Shown: positions 39,492-51,819 of the stretch, piece by piece
Numbering within the stretch: position 1 is the first letter of the stretch
How the letters are laid out: every line of letters begins with the position of its first letter
NCBI GenBank assembly: GCA_030390025.1
Contig: CM059432.1
Coordinates: forward strand, 112,160,001-112,224,000
Source: Squalus acanthias
Lineage: Eukaryota
Length of the DNA: 64,000 bases
Direction of reading: 5' to 3'
Made by a program: the position numbers and the translations under genes
Notes under the pieces: model-generated
Databases searched by the model: none
What the model was told of the DNA's origin: nothing
What the model saw: the letters and a program-made list of their open reading frames with translations, nothing else

Positions 39492-39917
39492 GGGCTGGAT
39501 TTTGTCAGCCCTGAGGAGGCGGGCATGGAGGCGGGACTGCCGGTAAAGTTGCAGAATGTGGAAGCGGATGACAAACCCGCCCCCATCCTGCCTCCGTGCC
39601 CTTTTGCCAGGAGGCGGGAGGCCGTCCTGACCCGGGTCCCGTCTCCTCGAGGCGGGAAAGAGATTAAATCCTTTTAACTGCCTGTGAACAGGTAGTTAAC
39701 AGGCAGAGAAAAGGATCAGTCACATTTTACCTTTTCAACTGCAGGCTTTTCTTCTTTCAGGAAGTCTCGACAGATGGCACGTCAGATGCAGGGCGGGCTT
39801 AACAAGGTCAATCAGGGGAAAATCCCACTGGTTGGCCAGAAGATGATGGAGGCGCGACTGAAACCCGACAAGCAGCAGTCCCGCCTCCAACTCGTCTCCA
39901 TTCACAAAATCCAGCCC
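39492..39917. mobile_element. 426-bp Harbinger-type MITE
   Basis: 14-bp perfect TIR GGGCTGGATTTTGT / ACAAAATCCAGCCC, with TAT on both sides (39489-39491 and 39918-39920). The TIR and the first ~110 bp resemble the element at 59355-63623. Confidence 0.9.
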
Positions 39918-40954
39918 TATGTATTTGTTTTACATTTCAAAGGCTTGCAGAACCATCCAAAGCACTAGGGGTTGAATTTCCATGGGGGTCTCCCAATTTG
40001 ATGGAAGATCATAGAAACTTACAGCACAGAAGGACGCCATTCAGCCCACCTTGCCTGTGCTGGCTCTTTGAAAGAGCAGTTGTGCTTAGACCCACGTCCC
40101 CACTTTTTGTCCATAACCCTGCAAGTGCCTCATCCTCAAGAACCTGTCCAACTCCCTTTTAAAATTATTTATGGAATCAGCTTCCACCACCTTTTCAGGT
40201 CGAGCATTCCAGATTCCGACAACTCTCTGAGTGAAAAATATTCGCCTCATTTCCCCCCCAGATTGTTTGCCAACTATTTTGAATCTATGACTTCTAGTTA
40301 TTGACCCACTCGCCAGAGGGAATAGTTTTTCTCTATCTGCTCTGTCACAACCTCTCATCGTCTTGAAAACCTCTGTGAGGTCACCTCTTAACCTTCTCTG
40401 TTCCAAGGAGAACATTCCTAACTTTGCCAACCTCTCCTCAGAAGTGAAGTCCCTCATCCCTGGTAACATCCTGGTAAACCTCCGCTGTACCCTTTCTAAG
40501 GCCTTTACATCTTTCCTGAAGTGTGGTGCCCAGAATTGTCCACAATACTCCAGCTGAGGCCTAACCAGTGATTTATAAAGTTCTAGCATGATCTCTTTGC
40601 TTTTATATTCTATTCCTCTATTTATAAACCCAAGTAACCCATATACTATTTTAATCACATATCAACTTGCCCTGCCACCTTTAAGGATTTGTGTATATGG
40701 ACACCAAGGTCTCTCTGCTCATCAACACTTTTCAAAATCGTGCCATTTATAGTATACTGTCTTTCCATATTAGTCCTCCCAAAGTGCATCACTTCACACT
40801 TCTCCGCATTGAAATCTATCCCCCACGCTTCTGCTCATTTCACCATCCTGTCTATGTCATCCTGAAGCCCATAACTATCCTCATCACTATCTACTACTTT
40901 GCCAAGTTTTGTATCATCTGCCACCTTTATAATGCTGCTCCCTACACCCGAGTC

Positions 40955-41265
40955 TAGGTTGTATTCTGGCCTTTTGAACAACCCAATTTTAAATGCTCCA
41001 CCATCGGCGGTCATGCCTTCAGCTGTCTTGGTCCTAAGCTCTGGAATTCCCTCCTTAATCTCTCCGCCTCTTTACTTCTCTTTTCTCCTTTAAGACGCTC
41101 CTTAAACCCTACCTCTTTGACCAAGCTTTTGGTCATCTGCCCTAACATCTCCCTATATGGCTCGGTGTCAAATTTTCTTTTTTTTAATAACACTCCTGTG
41201 AAGCGCCTTGGAACGTTTTATTACATCAAAGGCACTATATAAATATAAGTTGTTGTTGTTGTTGT
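40955..41265 (+). mobile_element. L2/CR1-group LINE 3' end with (GTT)n tail
   Basis: GCCTTCAGCTGTCTTGGTCCTAAGCTCTGGAATTCCCTCC reads AFS.LGP.LWNSL (RT C-terminus). It is followed by CTCCTGTGAAGCGCCTTGG...AAAGGCACTATATAAAT and a GTT microsatellite tail. Confidence 0.75.
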
Positions 41266-42110
41266 TTATAAAAATTGCAAAGAGTAGTAGGCCCAAAGCT
41301 GACCCTTGGGGAACACAACTGCAAACCACCTCCCAGTCTTAAAAACATCCATCCAGCACCAGCCTTTGCGTCCTGTCACTGAGCCAATTTTGTATCCATA
41401 CCACCACGTTCCCCTTAACTCCATGGGCTTCCATCTTCTTAACAAGCCTCCTGTGTGGCACTTTGATGAATGCCTTCCAAAAGTCCATATATACATCCAC
41501 TGCACTACCTTGATCAACCTTCTCTGTTACCTCATCAAAGAATTCAATCAAGTTAGCCAGACACGATTTACTTTTAACAAATCCGAGCTGGCTCTCTTTG
41601 ATTTACTTATGTCTTTCCAAATGAAAGTTTATTTTGTCCCTGATAATGGTTTCCAATAACTTCCCCACCTCCGATGTTAGGCTGACTGGCCTGTAGTTTC
41701 CTCGTTTAGCCCTCTCCCCTTTCTTGAATAGTGGTATAACATTAGTAGCCCTCCAGTCCTCTGGCACTACTCCCGTATCCAATGAGGGTTGAAAGATTGT
41801 GACCAATGCCTCTGCTATTTCTACCTTTGCTTCTACCAGCAACCTAGGATGCATTCCATCTGAACCAGGTGACTTACCAACTTTCAGTAATGTTAATCTT
41901 TTTAGTACGTCTTCTCTATCTATTACTATCCTGTCAATAAACTTCCCTCTCCTCTTTCAGTGTAACCTTCACTTCATCCACTTCCTTTGTGAAGACAGAT
42001 GCAAAGTATTCATTTAATACTTTAGCCATGTCCTCTGCCTCTACATGAAGATTTCCCTTTGGGTCTTTAATAGGCCCAACTCTTTCCCTAGCAAACCGCT
42101 TACACTGTAT

Positions 42111-43334
42111 GGGGGAGAAATTCGGTATCGCCCCGTCTGGGGCGCCATTATCGGCCGGGCGCAAAGTTTAGCGCCTGGCGCTAATTATCGCCTCCGACTG
42201 CAAACTTGGCTTCTATCGCCCCTGGAGGTGATTGGAGCGCTAAATCAGGCACTACACACCTCTCTTAAGACGCTAACGCCAAGGAGCGAGGCGCTACCTC
42301 AGAGCGCTGGCAAAGCTCATGTGATGTCAGTCAGCAATGGAACACAGAAACACTGGCGCTGGCCAGTTCTTAAAGGGGAGGGTCGATCTTGCTCTCCATC
42401 CACACCCTGCTCATTGCAGCCTTGAATCTCGGCCTGGAGAGACCTGTACATCAATTCTGCTGGAAAGAACAATGGAGAGGCCCAGGGAAAGAGCTCAGAG
42501 TGCAGCCCCCACAGTCTCTTCTAAATCGATGAAACATAGAAACATAGAAACATAGAAACTAGGAGCAGGAGTAGGCCATTCGGCCCGTCGAGCCTGCTCC
42601 ACCATTCAATACGATCATGGCTGATCATCCAAATCCAGCACCCTGTCCCTGCTTTCCTCACACAGAATCCCCACAGTATAGATAGAGGCCATCTCGGCCC
42701 ATCGAGCCTGCACCGACACATATCCCACCCTATCCCCGTAACCCCACGTATTTAATTCCCCCTAACATATCCCATCCTATCCCCGTAACCCCACATATTT
42801 AATCACCCCCTAACACTAAGGGTCAATTTATCATAGCCAAATCAACCTAACCCGCACATTTTTGGAAAGGAAGGTCAAATCAAAATGAACCTGCAAAGTG
42901 CTGCTCAATACCCAAAACTCCTTCACACAATGTTGAATCTCTCCAGAAGTCTCTCTCTCTCTCAGAATGCGTGGTGCAAAAATGTCACCAACATAAAAAG
43001 GCAGGAAGAGGCCGCTTTTAAATAGCGCTCCCCCAGTCCCTTCCCGACTGCAAAACGTTCCCCTCAACCTGTCGTTGCTAGCGGCAGGCGTAAAGGCAGG
43101 GGGCACCACTCAATATCCAGTCCTGGGCGCTACCGGGGCGTTGCATGCTCGACTGACATCACGATCTGCGGACGTAGGAGATCGTGGCGGTAGTGTTTAG
43201 CACCGCCGCAAAATGTCTGGTCAATTTCACGAGCGGCGCAAACATCGCCGTGCCTTGGCACTAGTTGCTTTGCGTCCCATTAGCACCCTCTTAGGGCGCT
43301 AACGGGAGGCGCAAAGCAACCAAATTTTTCCCCC
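42111..43334. mobile_element. Non-autonomous GC-rich TIR element (Harbinger-type) inserted in CR1
   Basis: TIRs GGGGGAGAAATTCGG / CCAAATTTTTCCCCC, with TAT on both sides (42108-42110 and 43335-43337). CR1 sequence is continuous across the insertion. Confidence 0.8.
42531..42864 (-). mobile_element. CR1 3' tail (42531-42660) abutting an HE1-type SINE 3' fragment (42661-42864)
   Basis: (AACATAGA)n tail plus AGGAGCAGGAGTAGGCCATTCGGCCC, then sequence nearly identical to 37163-37318 with a ~47-bp internal duplication. Confidence 0.82.
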
Positions 43335-45140
43335 TATATGTTTAGAAAATATTTTAGGGCTCAATTTAATGTTGGCTGCTTATCTTTTCTCGTAACCTCT
43401 CTTTTCAGATCTGCAGAAACCCCAAAGAAAAAGAATAAATGTTTCTCTGGAAGTTCCACGGATCTTCCGCTGAAGTTATGGTGGATGATTGGGGGAACCT
43501 CCATGGAAATTCAGCCCTTAGAGTTATGCAATCTAATTATCCTGCCCCTCTCTGCCTCCAGCCTGAAAAGCTGCACCACCTGCTCTTCTCCAGGGATCAA
43601 GGAGATGATGGTTCCCCATGTCACAATTGCAGGTTGAAGGCTCTTGACCTTGGCACAACATTCAATGTCATTCACACATTTCATACATTCACTTTTATCT
43701 TGTTACATTTAACCATTCCAATTTCTGTGCACATATATGCCTTTCTATTGTTTTAAAACTTCACTCACGAGGAGGAGCAACAAGTGGGCTCCAGATTCAC
43801 TTTTCAATTATACACCAAAGAAATTGGTCAAAAGTCATTGTGCCAGTCCCACCTAGCCATCTCTCTGCTATTAAATCTACCCAAACTGGTCAAATATGTG
43901 AGGTCTTTAAATTATTAACTTTTAGACTGCCAACAGCGGACAAAATGACAATCTCCCGGGGCTGGATGGTTTTGTAAGTTTTAATTCACTACTGGGACAC
44001 TGAAATCAACACACAGAAAACAGAACCTACTCCAAGGTCAGGAGTAACCCAATACAAATAAAACAAAGAAAAGCAGAATTTTTAACTACGTTAATTCGGC
44101 TCATCTTTCTTTCCCCATTCTCCCTGTCGCACTTTTATTTTTCATTTTTACTTTTCATGACCTAATCCAACCTATGCTATCTTTTCTGACCAGTTTTCCC
44201 TTTAATAATAACTTTGAAGTCTTTTCATTTCCTTTTCCTGGCTTTCACCATACATTTTCGAGATGAGTGCAGGTTTTTAAAATCTGTTTTTTCTTTGACT
44301 GAAATCTAGGATTAAGAGCTGCTTTCAGTCAATCAAAACCCAGTCTTGGGTTAACATACTGACGTCATGGATGTAACTACATCAATTTTGATGCATTCTT
44401 ACATGTTGAAACAGGAAGAGGCTCTGCTGAGCAATACCCTCAGCATCCCCAGCCAGAACCCAACAGCATCCAAACAATTAAACTGATCTGGGGAGCTGGA
44501 AGGGTTATTACCCACCATTTTCCATAGTTACCAGCTTAAAAATTGCAAGACTCATTTGTCGAGGTCAACCAGCTAATTTAAACTCTTTTGGTTTGGAATT
44601 GATTTGATGGTTAAATTTACAACCAGTGAATTTATCACTGAACCAGAAGCAGCAATAGTGCAAAATATAGTGCATTACAATGTAATCAGTAAATTGGCAG
44701 AGTATCAGCAGATTCCAGCCCCCACCCCCAAGAATCACTAGTATCTGGCAAGAGATAAACTTTGGCTTTTATTTCATATTTTTCAAAATTCTCCCAAAAA
44801 AGAGGGAGAAAATGTGTAATTTGATAAGAGTATACAAAAATACCTGCATCATGGGTTAAAATTCAGATGGAAAAATGTTAACAGAGTAAAAAGTTGTGTA
44901 AATTAGCACTGAGTCAAATGTAGTCTTTGCATGGTGTATTGGTACAATCTGTGCTGTTTGCAGGCCTATGTACACTATGCCAATTTAAAAGTGAAAATAT
45001 ACAGCTACCTTATGTCGGTTCCTGTTCAGTGGGTATTGATAGTGCATAGTTTAACGTTGCAGAAACCCATGCTAATGTGCATTTTAGTTGGGAATTAATA
45101 TTGCAAAAACCGAAAAAAAGTTGTACTTATTCCACAAAGT

Positions 45141-48100
45141 GTCAGCCGTGGCTCAGTTGGTAGCACCCTCACCTCTGAGTCAGAAGGTTGTGGATTTAAG
45201 TCCCCCTCCAGAGACTTGAGCACAAAAATCTAGGCTGTCACTCCAGGGAGTGCTGCACTGTCAGAGCTGCCATCTTTCAGATGGTTAAACCAAGTCTGCC
45301 CTCTCAGGTGGACATAAAAGTTCTCTTGGCATTATTTTGAAGAAGAGCAGGGAAGTTATCCCCGGTGTCCTGGTCAATATTTATAAGAACATAAGAACAT
45401 AAGACGTAGGAGCAGGAGTAGGTCATTTGGCCCCTCGAGCCTGCTCCGCCATTCAATAAGATCATGGCTGATCTGCTCTTGGCCTCAACTCCATTTCCCT
45501 GCCCGCTCCCCATAACCCTTGACTCCCTTACCTTTCAAAAATCTGTCTATCTCCACCTTAAATATATTCAATGACCCAGCCTCCACTGCTCTCTGGGGAA
45601 GAGAATTCCAAAGATTCACCACCCTCTGAGAGAAGAAATTCCTCCTCATTTCCGATTTAAATGGGTGCCCCCTTATTCTGAAATTATGCCCCCTAGTTCT
45701 AGATCCACCCATGAGGGGAAACATCCTCTCTGCATCTAACCTGTCAAGTCCCTTCAGAATCTTATATGTTTCAATAAAATCACCTCTCATTCTTCTAAAC
45801 TCCAATGAGCATAGGCCCAACCTGCTCAACCTTTCTTCATAAGACAACCCCTTCATCTCCGGAATCAACCTCGTGAACCTTCTCTGAACTGCCTCCAATG
45901 CAAGTATATCCTTCCTTAAATAAGGAGACCAAAACTGTATGCATTACTCCAGGTGTGGTCTCACCAACGCCCTGTACAGTTGTAACAGGACTTCCCTACT
46001 TTTATACTCCATTCCCTTTGCAATAAAGGCCAACACTCCATTTGCCTTCCTAATTACTTGCTGTACCTGCATGCTAACTTTTTGTGATTCATGTATAAGG
46101 ACCCCCAGATCCCTCTGTACCTCAGCATTTTGTAATCTCTCCCCATTTAAATAATAATTTGCTTTTTTATTTCTCCTACCAAAGTGGATAACCTCGCATT
46201 TTCCCACATTATACTCCATCTGCCAGATTTTTGCCCACTCACTTAGCCTGTCTATATCCCTTTGGAGATTCTTTGCGTCGTCCACACAATTTGCTTTCCC
46301 ACCTATTTTTGTATCATCAGCAAATTTGGCTACATTACATTCGGTCCCTTCATCCAAGTCATTAATATAGATTGTAAATAGTTGAGGCCCCAGCACTGAT
46401 CCCTGCGGCACCCCACTAGTTACAGTTTGCCAACCAGAAAATGACCCATTTATCTTGACTCTCTGTTTTCTGTTAGTTAGCCAATCCTCTATCCATGCTA
46501 ATATATTACCCCCAACCCTGTGAGCTCTTATCTTGTGCAGTAACCTTCTATGTGGCACCTTATCGAAAGCCTTCTGGAAATCCAAATACACAACATCTAC
46601 TGGTTCCCCTTTATCCACCCTACTCGTTACATCCTCAAAGAACTCCAGCAAATTTGTCAAACATGATTTCCCTTTCATAAAACCATGCTGACTCTGCTTG
46701 ACTATATTATGATTTTCTAAATGTCCTGCTACTTCCTTAATGATGGACTCCAGCATTTTCCCAATGACAGATGTTAGGCTAACTGGTCGATAGTTGCCTG
46801 CTTTGCCTCCCTCCTTTCTTAAATAGGGGTGTTACATTTGCAGTTTTCCAGTCCGCTGGGACCTCTCCAGAATCCAGGGAATTTTGGTAGATCACAACCA
46901 ATGCATCCACTATCTCTGCAGCCACCTCTTTTAAGACTCTAGGATCCAGGCCATCGGGTCATGGGGACTTGTTCACCTTTAGTCCCATTAGTTTGCCTAG
47001 TACTTTCTTTCTAGTGATAGTGATTGTTTTAAGTTCCTCCCCCCCCACCCCAATAGCCCCTTAATTTTAGTGTCTTCTACCGTGAAGACCGATACAAAAT
47101 ATTTGTTCAAAGTCTCCGCCATTTCCCTCTTTCCATTATTAATTCCCCAGACTCATCCTCTAGGGGACCAACGTTTACTTTAGCTACTCTCTTCCTTTTT
47201 ATATATCTGTAGAAGCTCTTACTGTCGGTTTTTATATTTCTTGCTAGCTTACTCTCATAAGCTAGCTTCTCTCTCTTTATCATATTTTTAGTCGTCCTTT
47301 GCTGGTTTTTTAAATTTCCCAATCCTCTGGCCTTGCACTATTCTTCGCAACATTGTATGCTTTTGTTTTCAATTTGATACCATCTTTACTTCCTTAGTTA
47401 GCCACGGATGGTTCATCCTTCTCTTAGAGTCTTTCTTTCTCACTGGAATATATATTTGCTGAGCATTATGAAATATCTCCTTAAATGTTTGCCACTGCTT
47501 TTCTACAGTCTTACCCTGTAATATATTTTCCCAGTCCACTTTAACCAAGTCTGCCTTCATACTTTTGTAATTACCTTTGTTTAAGTTCAGGACACTAGTT
47601 TGAGACCTAGCTTTTTCACCCTCAAACTGAATTTGAAATTCTACCATGCTATGATCACTCTTCCCAAGAGGATCCTTCACTTCGAGATCATTAATTAATC
47701 CAACCTCGTTACACACTACCAGATCTAAAATAGTCTTCTCCCTGGTTGGTTCCACAATGTATTGTTCCAAGAAACCATCCCGTATACACTCTAAGAACTC
47801 TTCCTCAAGTCTACCTTTACCAATTTGCTTTGTCCAATCAATATGAAGATTAAAATCTCCCATGATTATAGCCGTACCTTTCTTACAAGCCTCTATTATT
47901 TCTTGATTTATACTCTGTACTACAGTATGGCTACTGTTTGGGGGCCTGTAGACCACTCCCACCAGTGACTTCTTACCCTTATTATTTCTTATCTCCACCC
48001 AAACTGATTCTACATCTTGATCTTCTAAGCCAATATCATTTCTCATTACTGCACTGATCTCATCCCTTATTAACAGAGCTACACCACCACCTTTTCCTTT

Positions 48101-48550
48101 CTGCCTATCCTTACGAAATGGCAAATACACCTGAATATTCAGTTCCCAGCCTTGGTCACCTTGCAACCACGTCTCTGTAATGGCTATCAGATCATACCCA
48201 TTCATTTCTATTTGTGCTGTCAACTCATCTATCTTGTTACGAATGCTGCGTGCGTTCAGATATAGAGCTTTTAATTTTGTCTTTTTACCATTTTTCCCTA
48301 CTCTGACCCCTCTTTCTGATGCACTCTTATGTGTATACGTTCTGTTATCCCTCAATCAACATCACTACAACAGATTATCTGGTCATTATCACATTGCTGT
48401 TTGTGGGAGCTTGCTGTGTGCAAATTGGCTGCCGTGTTTCCTACATTACAACAGTGCCGACACTTCAAAAAGCACTTAATTGGCTGTAAAGCGCTTTGGG
48501 ACATTCGGTGGTTGTGAAAGGCGCTGTAGAAATGCAAGTCTTTTTTTTTC
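45141..48550 (+). mobile_element. SacSINE1/Deu-domain-type tRNA SINE split by a CR1 (SINE parts 45141-45384 and 48345-48550)
   Basis: tRNA-like head GTCAGCCGTGGCTCAGTTGGTAGCAC. The body continues after the CR1 as CCCTCAATCAACATCAC...CATTGCTGTTTGTGGGAGCTTGCTGTG...GTAAAGCGCTTTGGGAC...AATGCAAGTCTTTTT. It is colinear with the intact copy at 57287-57725. Confidence 0.85.
45385..48344 (-). mobile_element. CR1 LINE with near-complete but frameshifted ORF2 (APE endonuclease + RT)
   Basis: 47369-48355 has YLNARSIRNK, ITETW, GVVYRPP, MGDFN and SDH (APE). 45944-46756 has QHGF, YLDFQKAFDKVPH, GVPQGSVLGP and KFADD (RT). There is a (AAGAACAT)n tail, and TTAT is duplicated at 45381-45384 and 48345-48348. 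Confidence 0.95.
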
Positions 48551-49022
48551 TTTTCACAAAATTTTTTCCCCAAACTGTAATATCCCTTGTCTGGGCATCC
48601 AGTCCACGCACAAACCCAGCCAAGGAATGAAAATGTGGCTGACCTACAGGATATACAAATAGGCTTATGAATAGTACATGCTTCAAATTATAATTATATG
48701 CAACACATTGGCCATTTATGTCCCGCAGGCATACCTCCAACCATCCAGAGAAGAATAATATTATGTTAGCACACATTCTTCCCCTGGGAAGTGGTAGAAA
48801 TTAAAACTTTGCAGCAAATTCTTTTGGGGCAGGAGGGAAAATTGCTGTGAAGATGGCAGATTTTACTACTAAAACCATTTGTATTTTTCCCCAATACGAC
48901 AAATTTGCTTCACCTTCTTTCAAACCAGTAAAGCTACATTAATGAGGAGTCATGTTATTGAGAAATGTCACTTTGGGTCAGTTGATAATTTCAAAATATG
49001 TTTGTGATCATTAAAAAATTAT

Positions 49023-51819
49023 AGCCGCGATTCTGTTCGTGGATGTGGGTTGGCATCGGGAACGGAGCTCGGTGGGTTCCAGACCCGCTGCCGGCACCAG
49101 CCGGCCTTCCGACACAATTTTGATTTAATTGGGCTAATTGAGCCCACCGTGTGGGTTACCCGCCCTCATCACAAGGTGCAGGTCTGTTCAGCTGCTCTGC
49201 TGATGCGTGTGCAGCCGGAGTACTTAAGGGGACCATACCACAGTTACATCTGAAGTCTTTTATGCTGCTCCTGACTGCTGCTGGTGGTCAATATGTCTGC
49301 AAAGAGACAGAAGGCAGCTCCCCGGTTCAATGAGGAATCCCTGCATGTTCTTGTTGAGGGAGTCAGAGCTCGTTGTGAGGTCCTGTATCCAGGAGATGGA
49401 GGAAGGAAATCGCCTCAGCAAACGAAGGCAGCCTGACTGCGAATAGCTGGGGACGTCAATGCCAGGTCAATGGTAAGACGCACCTGGATTCAATGCAGGA
49501 AGCGGTTCAATTATCTCCTGCACACAGGAAAAGTGAGTATAAAAGCACAATTCCCTTAATTCTGCTGTGCCTGTCATCACATCCCCATCACTCTGCATTG
49601 TCAACCCTACCCCTGCACATCCTCACTCAACCCAGCATCACTTGCACCATCAACCTTCCCTCTCTCCCTATGTACAGAATCACTACCCCATCTAACTATG
49701 CACCCCTCACACCCACCCTCATGGCTATGCAATGACAACTAGCAACTCAAAAGGAGGGAACTTGGTAATGGGAACCCACTCCATCGTAGTCTCCCTCCAA
49801 ACATCTATCCTATCCATTCTATACCCTCATTCCATCACTCTCACGGAAAATCCAATTCTTTCCCTCATTGCAGGAAAAGAGCCCACAATAAGAGGGAGAG
49901 GGGGAGAACAGGAGGAGGACCACCATCCGTGGTGCAGCTGACCAACGCTGAGGGGGCAGCTCCTGACATTGCTGGAGGTCCTGAGGAGCTTGAAGTGGGG
50001 GACGGAGAGACGGGCTCAGTAGAGCAACCTGGTGACAGAATTATTTTCCAGACATCTGATTTGGCATTCATGAGTGATGAATATGGGATCTGATGTTCAT
50101 ATAAATGTAGTCACGATCATGTGTACAATGGTATGTGTCTGCAATCTACATATCACATGTGTAACTCATGTCTTTACTCTCCACAGGACCATCAAGAGCC
50201 CCCCTCCCTACTCTCTAGGAAGAAGAGCAGGAGGACTCCTCAGAGGAACCTCCATCCTCTGAGGGAGCAGCGACAGCGGAAATGAGTGCACCCAGCACCA
50301 GCGCAGAGACGCACACCTCGGTGGGTAGTTTGTGACTTAGAGCAGTATTGTCACCTGGCATTTCACAACTCACAAGTGAGCAACAGCAGATGGTGGAGGC
50401 AGGGACAGCAGTGGAGAGTCCTCGTTGGATGCCGCAGGACGCTCCTAGCTCTGCTCAGCTGCATGTAGATGCTGAGCCTTTGGGGCCATCCAGAAAGAGA
50501 GCGGTGCTGGAGCTTCAGGAACAAGTGCACGAGGCTCTGACTGGCTTTGCAAGCACAGTGACTGTGAGTGTGCAGAGAATGGAGAAGTCCATCTCAAACA
50601 TGAGCAATGCCATGGCACACGCAATGGCGAATGTGGGTTCCACAATGGAAAAGATGGCAACCTCCATGGAGGACATCATTCGCCAGAATCAACACAACAT
50701 GGTGACTCTTCTAGCTAGATGGTCAGCTATGGAGGATAGAAGGGCATCTATCGTGGAGAGGAACCATCCCCGTTATGAGGATTGTCTGTACAGAGACGGG
50801 TTCACATGGCCCTACTGATGTGCAGTAAGGTGCTATCCAGCTACTTGTTAGCTGAGAAGTGCGGGTGACCCATGAGAGGAATGGTGGGAGGGGACATGCA
50901 AGTGAGGGCTCCTCTCCAAGCACTCAAACTTGCATCCCCTTGCCAACCCCTCGGCCAGAGCCCCAGATGAGCACCCAAGCCGTGATGGCCGAGTCTGCCC
51001 CTGTGCAGCTGCAGGAGGAGCAGACTTTGGCGGGGCCTTCACAGGCTCCAAAATGCAGAGGACGACCGCCAAAGGCGCCTAAGCAGGCGCAGCAGGGAGG
51101 TGAGCAGGCTGTCTCTACATCTGCTGAAGCCAAAGGGGGAGCAAAACATAGAAGCACGTGTAAGAGAAAGATGACATGTTAATAAGCACAAGGGTTCTCA
51201 CTTGGGTTTTCTGATAGATTTAATTGTGAAGTTTCTGTTCTTTTCTTATGTTGCAATAAATTTATGTTACATGAAGGTTTGACATCATTGCTATATGTGT
51301 CCTGACAATTTGAGGTGGCACAGTGAAGGGTCAGTGCGCCTTTAAAATCCAGCAATGCAGGTGACAGTGGATATAGAGTGAACACCACATACTTGCAGCC
51401 TAAACACAGAATGTGTCTCCCAAATTGTTCAATAACCAACCTCTGACATTTGAAACTGACCAGATTTGAGAGTACAGCTTTTAGACTGCAGTTGCAGCTC
51501 TGAAGTTTCCAGCTCATTGGTGTTCCCGACACACTTACCTGGCGTGTTCTCCAAACATCGTGAAACCCCACCCAAAAGTAGGGAAATTGAAAAATGGTGT
51601 CAAAATAGTTCTAAACAAGCACTTAACAAGCAGTTAAGTGCCTTTAATCCCTTACCCGCCGCTTGGAGTCGGGTCTGTTTTTAAATTGCAGCCCCGACAC
51701 TTGGGAAAGTGGCGTGGAGGTGGGCTCGCGGCGGGTTCGGAACCCGCCGTCAATCATTTCGGATTTAACCCCTGACCCGCCTCCAAACCCACCCTCTGAG
51801 CGTCAGCAGAATCGCGGCC
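49023..51819 (+). mobile_element. 2.8-kb Harbinger derivative carrying only the Myb/SANT-like gene
   Basis: TIRs AGCCGCGATTCTG / CAGAATCGCGGCC, with TAT on both sides (49020-49022 and 51820-51822). I saw no DDE transposase sequence inside. Confidence 0.87.
49293..51182 (+). pseudogene. Three-exon Harbinger Myb/SANT-like DNA-binding protein gene, disrupted (exons ~49293-49532, 49874-50031, 50187-51182)
   Basis: Exon 1 reads MSAKRQKAAPRFNEESLHVLVEGV...TKAA*LRIAGDVNARSMVRRTWIQCRKRFNYLLHTGK followed by GTGAGT. The acceptors TTGCAG and CCACAG and the donor GTGACAG match the paralogous gene at 63358-61514. Exon 3 encodes a coiled-coil-like region with stops and frameshifts. Confidence 0.8.

Larger units (their letters stand above)
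40011..43406 (-). mobile_element. 5'-truncated CR1 LINE ORF2 (RT), interrupted by an L2-like 3' end and a TIR element
   Basis: ORF pieces include GNYRPVSLTSEVGKLLETII, VDVYMDFWKAF, LVRPQLEYC, ALERVQRRFTRM and RRLRGDL. The 3' tail ATAGAAACTTACAGCACAGAAGG is at 40011. Confidence 0.9.
39968..43517. mobile_element. Short TIR element (MITE) split by a CR1 insertion
   Basis: The left end GGGTTGAATTTCCATGGGGGTCTCCC (~39969) and right end GGGGGAACCTCCATGGAAATTCAGCCC (43517) are inverted repeats. The intervening CR1 is flanked by AGATC at 40006-40010 and 43407-43411. The TSD of the MITE itself is not clean. Confidence 0.65.
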
